Source: Neoconidiobolus thromboides FSU 785 (taxonomy: Eukaryota; Fungi; Entomophthoromycota). Taken from it: 64,000 bases of DNA. This document shows, in pieces, positions 14,209 through 25,043 of the stretch (positions within the stretch are counted from its first letter, which is position 1; every line of letters begins with the position of its first letter). The stretch covers positions 62,001 to 126,000 of the forward strand of contig MU626268.1 in the NCBI GenBank assembly GCA_025603075.1, in the 5' to 3' direction. Under the pieces are notes generated by a model. That model was not told the DNA's origin and did not search any database. It saw only the letters and a list, made by a program, of their open reading frames with translations. The position numbers were made by a program, and so were the translations under genes.

Positions 14209-15897
14209 ATGCAAACTTTCATAACTAAACTTCGAAATGAAATTTTCAAAAATTTCAATACAATAGGGAGGAGTACACAATATAAACATTGTAATTCATT
14301 TACATCAATTTTAAGAGCTACTTATAACAACCCAAGGTTTATGGAATTTTACAATAAAACAAAACAAAGAAAAGATATGTTATCAAAGTCTACTATCGAT
14401 AATAATAAACTTAATCAAGTAATGTATAAAATTAGTGCTTTAAGGGAAACAGGAAACAAAAATCAGCAAGTAGCGTTATTATCAACTATAGCTTCAATAT
14501 ATTCTTTTGATGAATGTAAAAGTTTTGGGTTTAATATAAATAGAAATCAATATGATTATTCAAAAACAAGTAATAATAATAATATATCAACATTAAAACC
14601 TATTATTAAAAATACAAAAAAAATTAAAGATGAGCAAATTGAAACTACCATACAATATTTACTAAATGATTCAACTATTTCATCAAGCTTTAATAAAAAA
14701 AATAATGATAGTAAATATTCATCAGATAATATATATATATTAAATAAAAGTAGAAGAATGATATATAGTAAGTATTTGAATGATCTAAGAGATAAAGCAG
14801 TAGCTAGGTCAACGTTCTTTAAATATATACCAAGTAATTTCAAAAATCCAGCAAGAAAAACGGATCTATGTAATATATGTACCCAGTATACAGTTAGAAA
14901 AAAGTTATTCGAAAATAAAATAAATACAGCAAAAAACAAAGCAGAGATAGAAGAAATTTTCAACGAAGAAGAAAAACTATACAGATTACATAAATTCTGT
15001 GTTGATACTCAAAAAAACACATTTAATGAAACTATTAAAAAATTAAATAACAAAAGTTGTATAATAGTTTTAGATTTTAAACAAAATATGGAAATAGGAA
15101 CAAGACCAGATTCAATAAATCTAGATCATTATAATAAACAAGTTATATCAGTATTAGGCTTTGGTGTTTTGTATTTAAAAGATCATAAAACAATAGGCAA
15201 AGTTTACTTTGATTATTTATCTGAAATATTGAATCATGATTCAGCATATGCAGGNNNNNNNNNNNNNNNNNNNNNNNNNNNNNNNNNNNNNNNNNNNNNN
15301 NNNNNNNNNNNNNNNNNNNNNNNNNNNNNNNNNNNNNNNNNNNNNNNNNNNNNNNNNNNNNNNNNNNNNNNNNNNNNNNNNNNNNNNNNNNNNNNNNNNN
15401 NNNNNNNNNNNNNNNNNNNNNNNNNNNNNNNNNNNNNNNNNNNNNNNNNNNNNNNNNNNNNNNNNNNNNNNNNNNNNNNNNNNNNNNNNNNNNNNNNNNN
15501 NNNNNNNNNNNNNNNNNNNNNNNNNNNNNNNNNNNNNNNNNNNNNNNNNNNNNNNNNNNNNNNNNNNNNNNNNNNNNNNNNNNNNNNNNNNNNNNNNNNN
15601 NNNNNNNNNNNNNNNNNNNNNNNNNNNNNNNNNNNNNNNNNNNNNNNNNNNNNNNNNNNNNNNNNNNNNNNNNNNNNNNNNNNNNNNNNNNNNNNNNNNN
15701 NNNNNNNNNNNNNNNNNNNNNNNNNNNNNNNNNNNNNNNNNNNNGTTATAGAGTCTATAGAAAACAGAAAAATTAAAAGATCGATCCCAGCTTACCTTAC
15801 GAAGATAACAGAGAATTTAAAAATTTCGATATTTACTAAGCAAGTAAGCAGTTTGTTGAATGATAGAAATAGATTATTAAATGTTAAGATTACTTAA
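14209..15897 (+). CDS. Putative DDD/E transposase (Sola-like); central part is N
   Basis: RKTDLCNIC, LHKF...Q...F, CIIVLDFKQN and YLSEILNHDS motifs. Open frame on both sides of the gap; frame across the gap cannot be verified. Confidence 0.7.
   Translation: MQTFITKLRNEIFKNFNTIGRSTQYKHCNSFTSILRATYNNPRFMEFYNKTKQRKDMLSKSTIDNNKLNQVMYKISALRETGNKNQQVALLSTIASIYSFDECKSFGFNINRNQYDYSKTSNNNNISTLKPIIKNTKKIKDEQIETTIQYLLNDSTISSSFNKKNNDSKYSSDNIYILNKSRRMIYSKYLNDLRDKAVARSTFFKYIPSNFKNPARKTDLCNICTQYTVRKKLFENKINTAKNKAEIEEIFNEEEKLYRLHKFCVDTQKNTFNETIKKLNNKSCIIVLDFKQNMEIGTRPDSINLDHYNKQVISVLGFGVLYLKDHKTIGKVYFDYLSEILNHDSAYAXXXXXXXXXXXXXXXXXXXXXXXXXXXXXXXXXXXXXXXXXXXXXXXXXXXXXXXXXXXXXXXXXXXXXXXXXXXXXXXXXXXXXXXXXXXXXXXXXXXXXXXXXXXXXXXXXXXXXXXXXXXXXXXXXXXXXXXXXXXXXXXXXXXXXXXXXXXXXXXXXXXXVIESIENRKIKRSIPAYLTKITENLKISIFTKQVSSLLNDRNRLLNVKIT
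15255..15744. other. Assembly gap (490 N)
   Basis: Run of n characters. Confidence 1.
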
Positions 15898-16352
15898 GTT
15901 ATTAATAACTAAGTTAATAAATAGTCAAAGAACAAGTAACTGTAATAATATGTAAAAACTATTATTACTTGCACTATATAGGGATGGTTAATTATAGTTT
16001 TGGTGCTAACCACTCCCTCCCATGCAGCTATTTGTTAACTTGGCAATATATTAATAATGTAGTTATAACATTAAAATAGTTTATTTATTTGATAATAAAT
16101 CTAAAATGTTGGTTATAAAGCAGTTGATAATAAATATTTCTCAATTAAGCTTTATAAGAACATATATTTAAGATCTAGTAGAAATTCAACTAGCTTACAG
16201 TATAAACTATAATAGAATGATTTAGAACTGTTTCCGGGTACTTTTGTTTTAATAAAAGATATGATTTTATAGAATTTTAAGCGAAGTTTTTAAAATACAA
16301 AACTTTTCAAAAATTGGATAAAATAATGAAACTAATTCAGACAACCCCATAT

Positions 16353-16690
16353 TAATTTCTACTTGTATCAAATCTAAGATCTTTACATCAAAAAAATATA
16401 TTAAAGCTATAGTTGATAATAACGCTACTTGTTGGTTTTTACTTCCTGTTTCCTTTAAAGAATTAATTTTGTATACTATTTAATTAAGTTTATTATTATC
16501 AATATTAAACTTTAATAGTTTTTATTATTATTATTATAAAATTCCATAAACTATAGGTTATTATAAATAGTTGTTAAAATTAATGTAAATAAATTATGTT
16601 TATATAGTATGCTTCTCCCTATTATATTAAAAATTTTAAAAACTTCAGATTAATTTTTAAATAAATTCTGAAACCAATTTGGACATCTCT
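16353..16690 (-). mobile_element. Inverted, internally deleted 5' fragment of the same transposon
   Basis: Reverse complement starts AGAGATGTCCAAATTGGTTTCAGAATTT (left-TIR homolog) and aligns with about 14245-14552, e.g. identical CAAGTAGCGTTATTATCAACTATAGCTT. ATAT at 16691-16694. Confidence 0.85.
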
Positions 16691-17649
16691 ATATCAAAGC
16701 GAAAGAAAGTGAGAGTAATTGAAGTATTTTTTTGAACTCTCATTATCACTCTTATACAAGAGATGTTAGAAAATTATAGTAGATTTAGTTCATTTAACCT
16801 ATGATTTAAATAACAAAAATTTTACTAAAAATAATGATATAAAATTTATCTAAAAGCTAATTTATTTATTATAGTATTCAATAGTGCAGTTTAAAGTTGC
16901 TTGATTAATCATAATATCAAGTATTAAAGTTTAGCTCCATTGATATGAAACTACTTTAAACAATAAAAAATATAAATAATCTAATGATTTATTACTTTTT
17001 TTGAAAAGCTTCCGCCTAAGTATCCTATTAACTGAAACATAAGTGATAAATGGTAGTAACAGTAACTACTGGGGACTATGTCATCCCTTTAGGGTTGATG
17101 AAAGAACAAAAAAAGAGTTTAAATCCTTCTTATTTTGTCTTACTATGAAAGGCAAAGCGGGATCTAAGTTATTTTCTGTATCCATAAAGATTCATACTGG
17201 ATCGACAGACTAACAGAATTAAAGGTTAAGAACGAAAGTGAAATAGAGTTAATTTATTTTAAGTCAAAACTTTTGTGAAGATTATAAAGCTCTGTAGCCA
17301 GAATTAGGAACCAAGTCAGGAGTAAAACCTTAGGTACAAGGTGCGATACTAAATCAAAAGGAATAAGGTCCAGGAAAGGTTGGTGTTGGTGTTGGAGTTA
17401 GTGATAAGGAGGACTCAAAGTGCTAATATAATAGTACAGGAATTTGGTCTATAAATAGTATAAGGCCTGATGTGTTAAAATGAAGATAAAAGTGTTAGAT
17501 TAGAAGAGAACATAAGGATATGGGGAAATGGTAAGAGCAACACGTATGGGTAATGGTAAAGGATAGTAGAAAGTTTTGAGTTTAACTCTTTTTCTATAGA
17601 GAGGTAGTAAAAAGATAGATATGAAGGCTATAAAAAAGAGTGAACATAT

Positions 17650-17747
17650 AGGGGTGTGTTTTTGTGTTTAAGAATTTTACTACCAATTTTTCTATCCAAA
17701 TAGTGCTTAAAAAATGGGAAAGTAATGAAATCAAAAGAAATATTCCC
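17650..17747 (+). mobile_element. MITE copy 6
   Basis: Family body; flanks ATAT/ATAC. Confidence 0.85.
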
Positions 17748-17749
17748 AT

Positions 17750-18500
17750 ACTACACAATGTTTTATTATAAGACGTAGCAAAAAATGAATTAAAATCAAG
17801 ATCAATTGTAGAGACTTTAACTTTTTTGTAAAAAGAAAAGTGATTTTATGTAAGCTCAAAAACCAAGGGTTATTGACTTCAATAATTGAATTTTATACTC
17901 TTTAGTTGCCTTAAATTGCCAAAATACTTAATATTAAATTCAAATCCATAAGTTTCATTGATTTATAACTCTAAATCAGAAGTAAAATTTACATTTGGAC
18001 CAAATTTAATAGGAGTAAAATTAAGTTTGCAAAAAGTTAAAAATAGTATCGTTAATTGATTAAATTTCATTTTGATGATATCCAACCTATCAAAATTCGT
18101 TTTTTCTGAAGTTCGTATTCTAAGTAACCTCAATATACTCAGGCTTAGCAACTTAATTACATTTCTAATACACATATTGTCTCCAAAAAAGTCAAATGTT
18201 TTGAACTGATTAAAATATTCACTAAATAGGCCTAGGTATTGTTCGTCCTTAAAAGTGGCTATGGTCATTTCTTTCAATTTCGACAATACAATAACTACTC
18301 TAATATTATTATCATTAAAACACCTGTCATAAATATCACGATTATAGAAATAAAACATAGATTTAAATCTGGACAATTATTTAAATACACTGTAATCTCA
18401 TTTTCAATATATATATATATGTTTCATTAATCCACTGTTTCTTTAATAATTTCACAAAAACACAACCCTTCATTTTTATAGCATTTTTGTTTAATTTACT
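17750..18500 (-). pseudogene. N-terminal and middle piece of F-box/LRR-like paralog 3
   Basis: RNVIKLLSLSILRLLRIRTSEKTNFDRLDIIKMKFNQLTILFL aligns with RDIVRHLNPNKLESLIINIGEYLNFDGLNIIKIKFINLETLKL of paralog 2. Confidence 0.6.
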
Positions 18501-19028
18501 ACTTTAATAAGTCAAACCCAAGAAAAAGTTGAACCTTGGGGTTTAAATTAGCTCATAGCTAATATTGTACAATTATAAATCAAATATTTGAAATAAAAAA
18601 TTAGATATTTGCAGTATTAAATAATGAATATGTAACATATTGATTTAATATTTATGTTTTTAGTATTTAAGATCTTTTGATATTTTCTATTTTTATCTTA
18701 TGCCTTTTTTTAATTTATTAATTATACATTATTTATTATTAGCAAATGATATTGATAGTAAATTATTTTTATTAGTAATAGTACTTTAAATTTATTATGT
18801 AAGATAGTAATTTATTATTGATTAATTGTTTATTAGTTATACTTTTATTAGAAAATTATTACTGTATCTCGCTAAATAAAAATGAAGTCAATTAAAGTGC
18901 GGTTCAAAAGAGAAGACCTTAATTTATTTATAATAAGAGGAAATTGGGGATGGTAATTAAAATATTGATTGTAAAGTATAAAAAGATTAAAGATCCAACA
19001 AAAAAAATCATCAATTCAATAACAAATC

Positions 19029-19244
19029 ATGAAATTATTACCCCTAATTTATTTACCAGCTATAGTATTAAGTTTGCCGACTGGAAGCGGCCATGGTCAT
19101 CATCATAAAAATACTGTTGAAAGAAGACAATTCGAAGGTTTATTAAAATTGGGTGGTGAAAATGGTCTTATCCCTGGGTTTGCTGGCTCTCCTTTTGATC
19201 AAGTACTTTCAAGACTTTCACAAATGATGGGTGGTCCAGCTTAA
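19029..19244 (+). CDS. Small secreted propeptide (71 aa): signal peptide, His-rich pro-region, RR site
   Basis: Hydrophobic N-terminus MKLLPLIYLPAIVLS, then GHGHHH and ERR|QFEG. GC-richer than its flanks; TATAAAA at 18977; CAAATCATG start context. Confidence 0.7.
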   Translation: MKLLPLIYLPAIVLSLPTGSGHGHHHKNTVERRQFEGLLKLGGENGLIPGFAGSPFDQVLSRLSQMMGGPA

Positions 19245-19619
19245 TCTATTTTATTAAAAATAAAACTAGTTATCAATTTATAGTTTTATTACTGTATAAT
19301 GAAGTTATTTTATTGTTGGTATTATAAAGCCTATTCATTATTATATAGATTAATAGTTTTAGAGTTTATAAAATATCTATAAACTTCGACTATTAATCTA
19401 TCAGAATATTGTAACTATTGAGTTATTTTGATCTTCAGTTTAAAGTTTACATCAATTGGATGAATGTCATAGCCTCGAAGCACAATCTAGATCTATTTAG
19501 CTGATTTTAATCTGCTTCATAATAATACTTCATGTGATCACTTGATTTCAAAATCATAGCTATAGATCATAGATAATTTTATTAAGCTCTTTCTTACTTT
19601 TATTTTATTTTAAAACAAT

Positions 19620-20420
19620 AATACTGTTTGATCAATTAACCAACATATTAATAGAAGAGATATTCGAGCTAGTCCATCCAGAATAATAGTTGATTTATGT
19701 TTTTTAATTTACTATATAATCATGACAATGCCAATAAGTATTCATGTTTTCAGTAACATTTCATTAGGAGGTACTGATCATTAAAGCACGTAAGCGTAAA
19801 ATCCATGCATCAACAATTTTTGTTATTGTCCAAATATAACATCTGTTTACTATTCAAGTGAACCAGATGATGATATAAGTAAGGTTAATAGTGATACTTG
19901 AAATGTAAATGTTCATAGTAACAGTAGTAACGATAAACTTAATGAGCTCATAAATTATTTTTATAGTTATTATGACAGTGATAATAATAATAATACAGAC
20001 AATGATTACAAAGCTAAAAAGTTAACTCCCAGGCTGCTAAAATTAATAAAATTAATTATGTACATTTTACTTATATGACCGTATTCACGTGTATTTGGTA
20101 AATATTTAGGTCAAATTGGAGTGTTCAAGTACAATAATTGTGATATAACGTTTATACATGTTACTGATGGATTAAACCCAAATAGATTAAATCCATTTGG
20201 ATTATATTGTGGTGATTTGTACATTAATAGGTTCGATATAAAACAAAATATACAAATTTAAAGGTACTTAAGATAACACTTGGAGAGTTTGGTAGTAATG
20301 ATATAGAATTTAACCCTAATTTAAACCTCATTGTTTAAGAAAATTTAGGTCCAGGTCATCATATTAATGTAAAGGATAATTTAGCCAAATATAACTTTAT
20401 AAAACAAATTAAGATCAATA
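19620..20420 (+). pseudogene. F-box/LRR-like paralog 4, disrupted
   Basis: LFDQLTNILIEEIFELVHPE*, then VDLCFL in another frame. FGKYLGQIGVFKYNN...GLNPNRL matches FGQYSKQLHTFKYQK...HLNPNKL of paralog 2. Confidence 0.6.
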
Positions 20421-20443
20421 ATTTTGAAGCCATATTTGACGAT

Positions 20444-20496
20444 TTTCTTTGTTTCTTTATTTCTTTATTTCTTTATTTCTTTGTTTCTTTATTTCT
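20444..20496. repeat. 8-bp tandem repeat (TTTCTTTR), about 6 units
   Basis: Directly visible. Confidence 0.9.
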
Positions 20497-21570
20497 TATT
20501 CCTTTTCCCAAATTTATAAGTATTGAAAATTACATACAATTTTAAATTAATAAATGTCTAAAGAAATCAATTGAATTAGCTACCCCATCATTACTTGTTG
20601 CATCTATTGAGTTTATGGATAACAGTGCAATTAGTAATGCAATGGAAACGATTGTAATGCTAAACTGCGCGAACTTATGATGGATTTGCACTCTATACTA
20701 TATAAAATATTTAGTGTTTAAGGAACAAGATAGGATGATCAATTTACCAATATTGCTTTTTATTAAGTTCTATGAATTCTGTTATTAACTATTAGAAGCC
20801 CATATATTTTTGCTTTATTTTACTAAACCTTTGGTTGTAGCCTCTCAGCTTTTTACTCTACCCTTCCAGCAAGTCCTCCTTTTTGTTCTCTGAATAGAAA
20901 ATCTTTGTAAATTTATAAGCGGATCGAGTATTTCTCATTTATTTCTCTCTTTGAAACAAAACTAAATGTTGATAAAACCATATATTTTTCAAGGTACCTT
21001 TTTATTATATTTTCACATTAGCATTATTTTGTGCTTTTTATTTCTTTCTAGAAATTACATTCAAAAATATCCTTTAAAAGCATCACCTTGGATTTTTTTA
21101 TTTCAAAAAATAAAACATTTGAAAATTCACAAATATTTAATATATTAAAGTGAAATATTAATTGCGTTTGAACACTATTTATAGTATTAACCAAAATCAT
21201 TTTTATAGCCTTTTATTGCCCTTTAAAGCCTGGTATTCAACATAATTAGCAAATTAATCAATTATACCCAATTTTTCTATTCAAAATAAACAACGTTCAA
21301 TTTGATTTAATTAATTTCAAGTCCAAATTCAAAAATTAGGCTTCAATTTTAACAATTGAGACTACCAAATTTAGCTCAAATCACTTAATAAATTACCAAG
21401 AACAAGAGCCCACCAATCACCTAAATCGATTAAGAACCACCTAAGCTAAAAATTTGATTAAAGTAACAAAAAAATTACTCAATTGTTAAGGCTCAACTCT
21501 CTAAATTAATTTATTCTTATCTTTTTTACAATTTTATATATTATCAATTTAATTTCAATAACTTAAAACA

Positions 21571-22588
21571 ATGTATAGTCAACGTTTATTCGTTATTCTC
21601 TTTGCTTTACTAAGCTTGAACTCTATTCTATCAAATACTTTAGGTAATTTCATTAGTCCCATAATTCATCCCATGTTAAATTTAAAGAATTTTAGAAAGA
21701 CGAGAGGGTTGTTTATCTGAAGGAGATTGTCGAGCTCAACAAATTGAACGATGTAGTTGTGATTATACTCAACAATGTGTAATACGCCCGCGTAGTTGCT
21801 GGGAATGTCAAAAAGAAGAATGTATACCAATTAAAGATTCAAATAAACCTAATGAAGTTAATGTAGCTTTAATTGCATCGACTTCAGTTGGTTCAGTTAT
21901 TGTATTGATATTGATTATTGGTGGTGTATTTTATTTTAGAAACAAAAAGGAAATTGAAAAACATGGTGGTATCCATACATATGTTAGATATCGAGCTAAT
22001 AGGGATTCTATTATTATGATGGTAAAGATTCAAGTTTATAATCATTAATTTTTATTCATTTCAATTTAATTATAGACAGGAGACGAAGATGTCGAATTAT
22101 TAAATAAAAGGCTATCCATGTTAAGTTTATCCGGAGAAAGTCAACGAGGTTCTGTTTTATTAACAACAAAAAAGCATAATTTTGATACAAATAATAAACA
22201 AAAAGCTAAGGTTATTAAAGTGGAACAGGATATCGAAGATTTGTTTGAGCCAGGAACTATTATTGATGTTGCTCAAAATGGTAATAGAAATTCTAATCGA
22301 GTTAGTTTATTTAAGAATCCTAGTTTCAATGGTTCTACTCATTCCGAAGTTTTAATTGCTCCAACTTCATTTCAAACTAGAATGCCAACTAAGCTTCATG
22401 ATAAAGATGGAAATCAAAGACCAGTTTCTATTGCTTCATTTCAAACAGAAATTTTAGAAAACCCATATAATTTGAATGATAGTATCAATGAAGAGTCAGA
22501 TAACAATACTTCATTTCATTCTATTATTGTAAATAATAATCTACATGAGATTCAACTGGAAAGTAAAGAACTAAAGAATGAAAAGTAA
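21571..22588 (+). CDS. Opy2-like type I membrane protein, 3 exons
   Basis: Exons 21571-21643, 21696-22021 and 22076-22588 splice in frame. Signal peptide; 8-Cys ectodomain ending C-x6-C-x2-C-x4-C (CVIRPRSCWECQKEEC); TM segment VGSVIVLILIIGGVFYF; cytoplasmic tail. Confidence 0.75.
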
Positions 22589-22675
22589 ACTTAAAATAAG
22601 AAGTGTGAAAAAATAAATAATTATATGTATTATGAATTTTTATTGTTTTTTGTTTTATTATTTATTTTTAAAAAT

Positions 22676-24578
22676 TTAATTTTTTGTTATTATTTGCCAT
22701 AACCATTCATCTTTTTCTAATGGATGTATATTATTATTACCGTTTTGTTGGTTTTGTTTTAATTCTATTAATTGATCCCATATTTCAATATCAACACTTG
22801 AATCTAATAACAAAACTTTAGATTTGATATAAGCTAAGAAGGAGATGGGCAAGTAGCAGGGAGTAAATAGGTGAAATGGAATAGAATACCAAACATAGTT
22901 TAAATAAATTGGTAAATTTAAATTAATTATGTTAATTAAATATAAACTTATAAGTATTTGTTGATCATATGTAAATGAAATTCTATTATTATTATTTATA
23001 CTTTCAGTATAAAATTGAAAAATGGAATTTTGTGCTGCTGCTTCTACAATTGATATTTGTTGAAATTTACCATTTTGTATCATTTCTTTAATTAATTCAT
23101 TAGCTTGAATGTAATTTTTGGTTTGAGTATAATAAACTAATAAAATCAAATTATATTCTGGATCATTATAACTTTCAATATCTTTAATTAATAAATTAAA
23201 TGAAATTTTAAATTGTGGGTAATGTTGATATTTTAATAACAACTTTAATTGTTCTTGTGTTAATTGAATATTATTATGTTGGTTCACATGTTGATAATAT
23301 CTATTAAATAATAAAAAGGTACTCGGATCTTTACTATTATCAACTAATAAAATCAAATATTTCATCATAGTTTCTACATTGCTCCTTTCTTTACTTCCCA
23401 ATATATTATTTTCGTTTCTAATGAATTGATCAAAAAACACATGTAATACTTTACGACTATATTCAGGTTGAAGTAAAGCAAATTTAAATAAAATAAAATA
23501 ACATTCAATATCTTTTTGATTCATTGAGTTAAATCGATCAATCATTAATTTGTAATTGAATTTATTGAAAGATAATAATATTAAACTTAATTTTAAATGT
23601 TTTAAATCATAAATTATTTCCTCTTTTAACATCTCTTCTTCAACTAATTGTAGCTTTATTCTTAATTGTTCATTATATTCATTACTAGTATGACTTTTTT
23701 CTGTTGAAGTTAATAATTGACTAATATCTATTTCTATATCTCTACTATTTATATTTATATCTTTAATACCACTAGCTATCGATGTTTCATTTAATAAAGT
23801 AATAAAAAAAGGAGTATATTGTTGAATATTATTAAATTGAATTCCTAGCTCATTTAATTTGCATTTAATATTTAACATCAATTCAAATTTATCCATCTCA
23901 TTTAACTTTACTTTTTCAATTGTTTGAAATAACATGTCAAATTGATTACTATTAAATAAAAACAGCTTTTGATAATAACTTTCAATAATATTAAATAGAT
24001 CATAAATTAATTGTATAAACTTATTTTTATCTCCTTCATTAATGGCCAAAAATTCACAATAAGTATAAATTATTATATTCATTTCATTCCTATGTATGTA
24101 ATTTTTTTTTTCAATTTTGGAATTTAATATTAATTTCATTCCCTCTTCATCTTTATTTAAAATACTTCTCTTTAGTTTAGTATAAAATGTAAGCATCTCT
24201 AATAAATTATAATTCTCGAAACTTGGCTGAATCAATTGATTTAATATTGGATGTTGTTCAACGCTTTGCTTAAGTTCAATAAGTTCTTCTTTTGTTAATT
24301 TAAATACAGATTTGATATTTTCAATATCGCCAGAAAGACTATTCTGAATAATTTTTTGATTTTCTATTTGAGACATGTTATTTTTGGCATCATGATCTGC
24401 ACTTAAAGTAGAAGCATTAGTAAACTAAAAAGAAATTAAACTCTTGTTATCTATAATTAAATGAAACTATTACCTCCTTTAACAATTTAGATTTTACAGA
24501 GTAGTTAGAATTGAAAAAACAAGTTGAAGCTGATTTATTAGTAAGTATACGAGTTATTAATTGTTTTCTATATACCAT
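22676..24578 (-). CDS. Helical protein of unknown function (~617 aa) with a mitochondrial presequence-like N-terminus
   Basis: Exon 24578-24474 (35 codons, R/K/S-rich, no acidic residue until position 35) and intron 24473-24425 join in frame to ORF 22676-24376. Confidence 0.7.
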
Positions 24579-25043
24579 TGTTAAAAATAGTTTAATTGAT
24601 ATTAGCAGAAAATTAATTAATATTTTTAAATCTGATTTCTTATCGGATTTTAAAAAAAATCCCACAAAGTTTCGGATTTAATTAAATTTAGGTTTAAGAT
24701 TTCGAAATTTAGCTATTCATTTGTGATATAAAAATTAATTCATTTATTAGAAATTTGACTCAAAATAAAACTAATAGTTTTTTTATTAAACCTATTAATA
24801 GTTATATACTAGTAAATAAAAACATACTATACACTTCAATTTCCAATATAATAAATATTTAGTTATTATAAAATAGTGCTATAAATCATTAACTATTTTT
24901 AAAATTTTAGTAAAAAAACTCAATAACTTATACCCATATTAAATTTTATTTCCATTATATTTATTTAAAATAATGTATTATATCTTGAAAAAATTCTCAA
25001 TTTAATCGATATGGGACTAGCATACTAACTATTAAATTATTTA

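Larger units (their letters stand above)
13994..16348 (+). mobile_element. Sola-type (Sola2-like) DNA transposon, near-intact copy A, spanning an assembly gap
   Basis: Imperfect TIRs GGGGCTGTCCTAATTGGTTT (13994) and AAACTAATTCAGACAACCCC (ends 16348); ATAT at 13990-13993 and 16349-16352; encloses ORF 14209-15897. Confidence 0.8.

Noticed and set aside
15236-15751. ORF made of X residues
   Set aside because: Artefact of the N gap.
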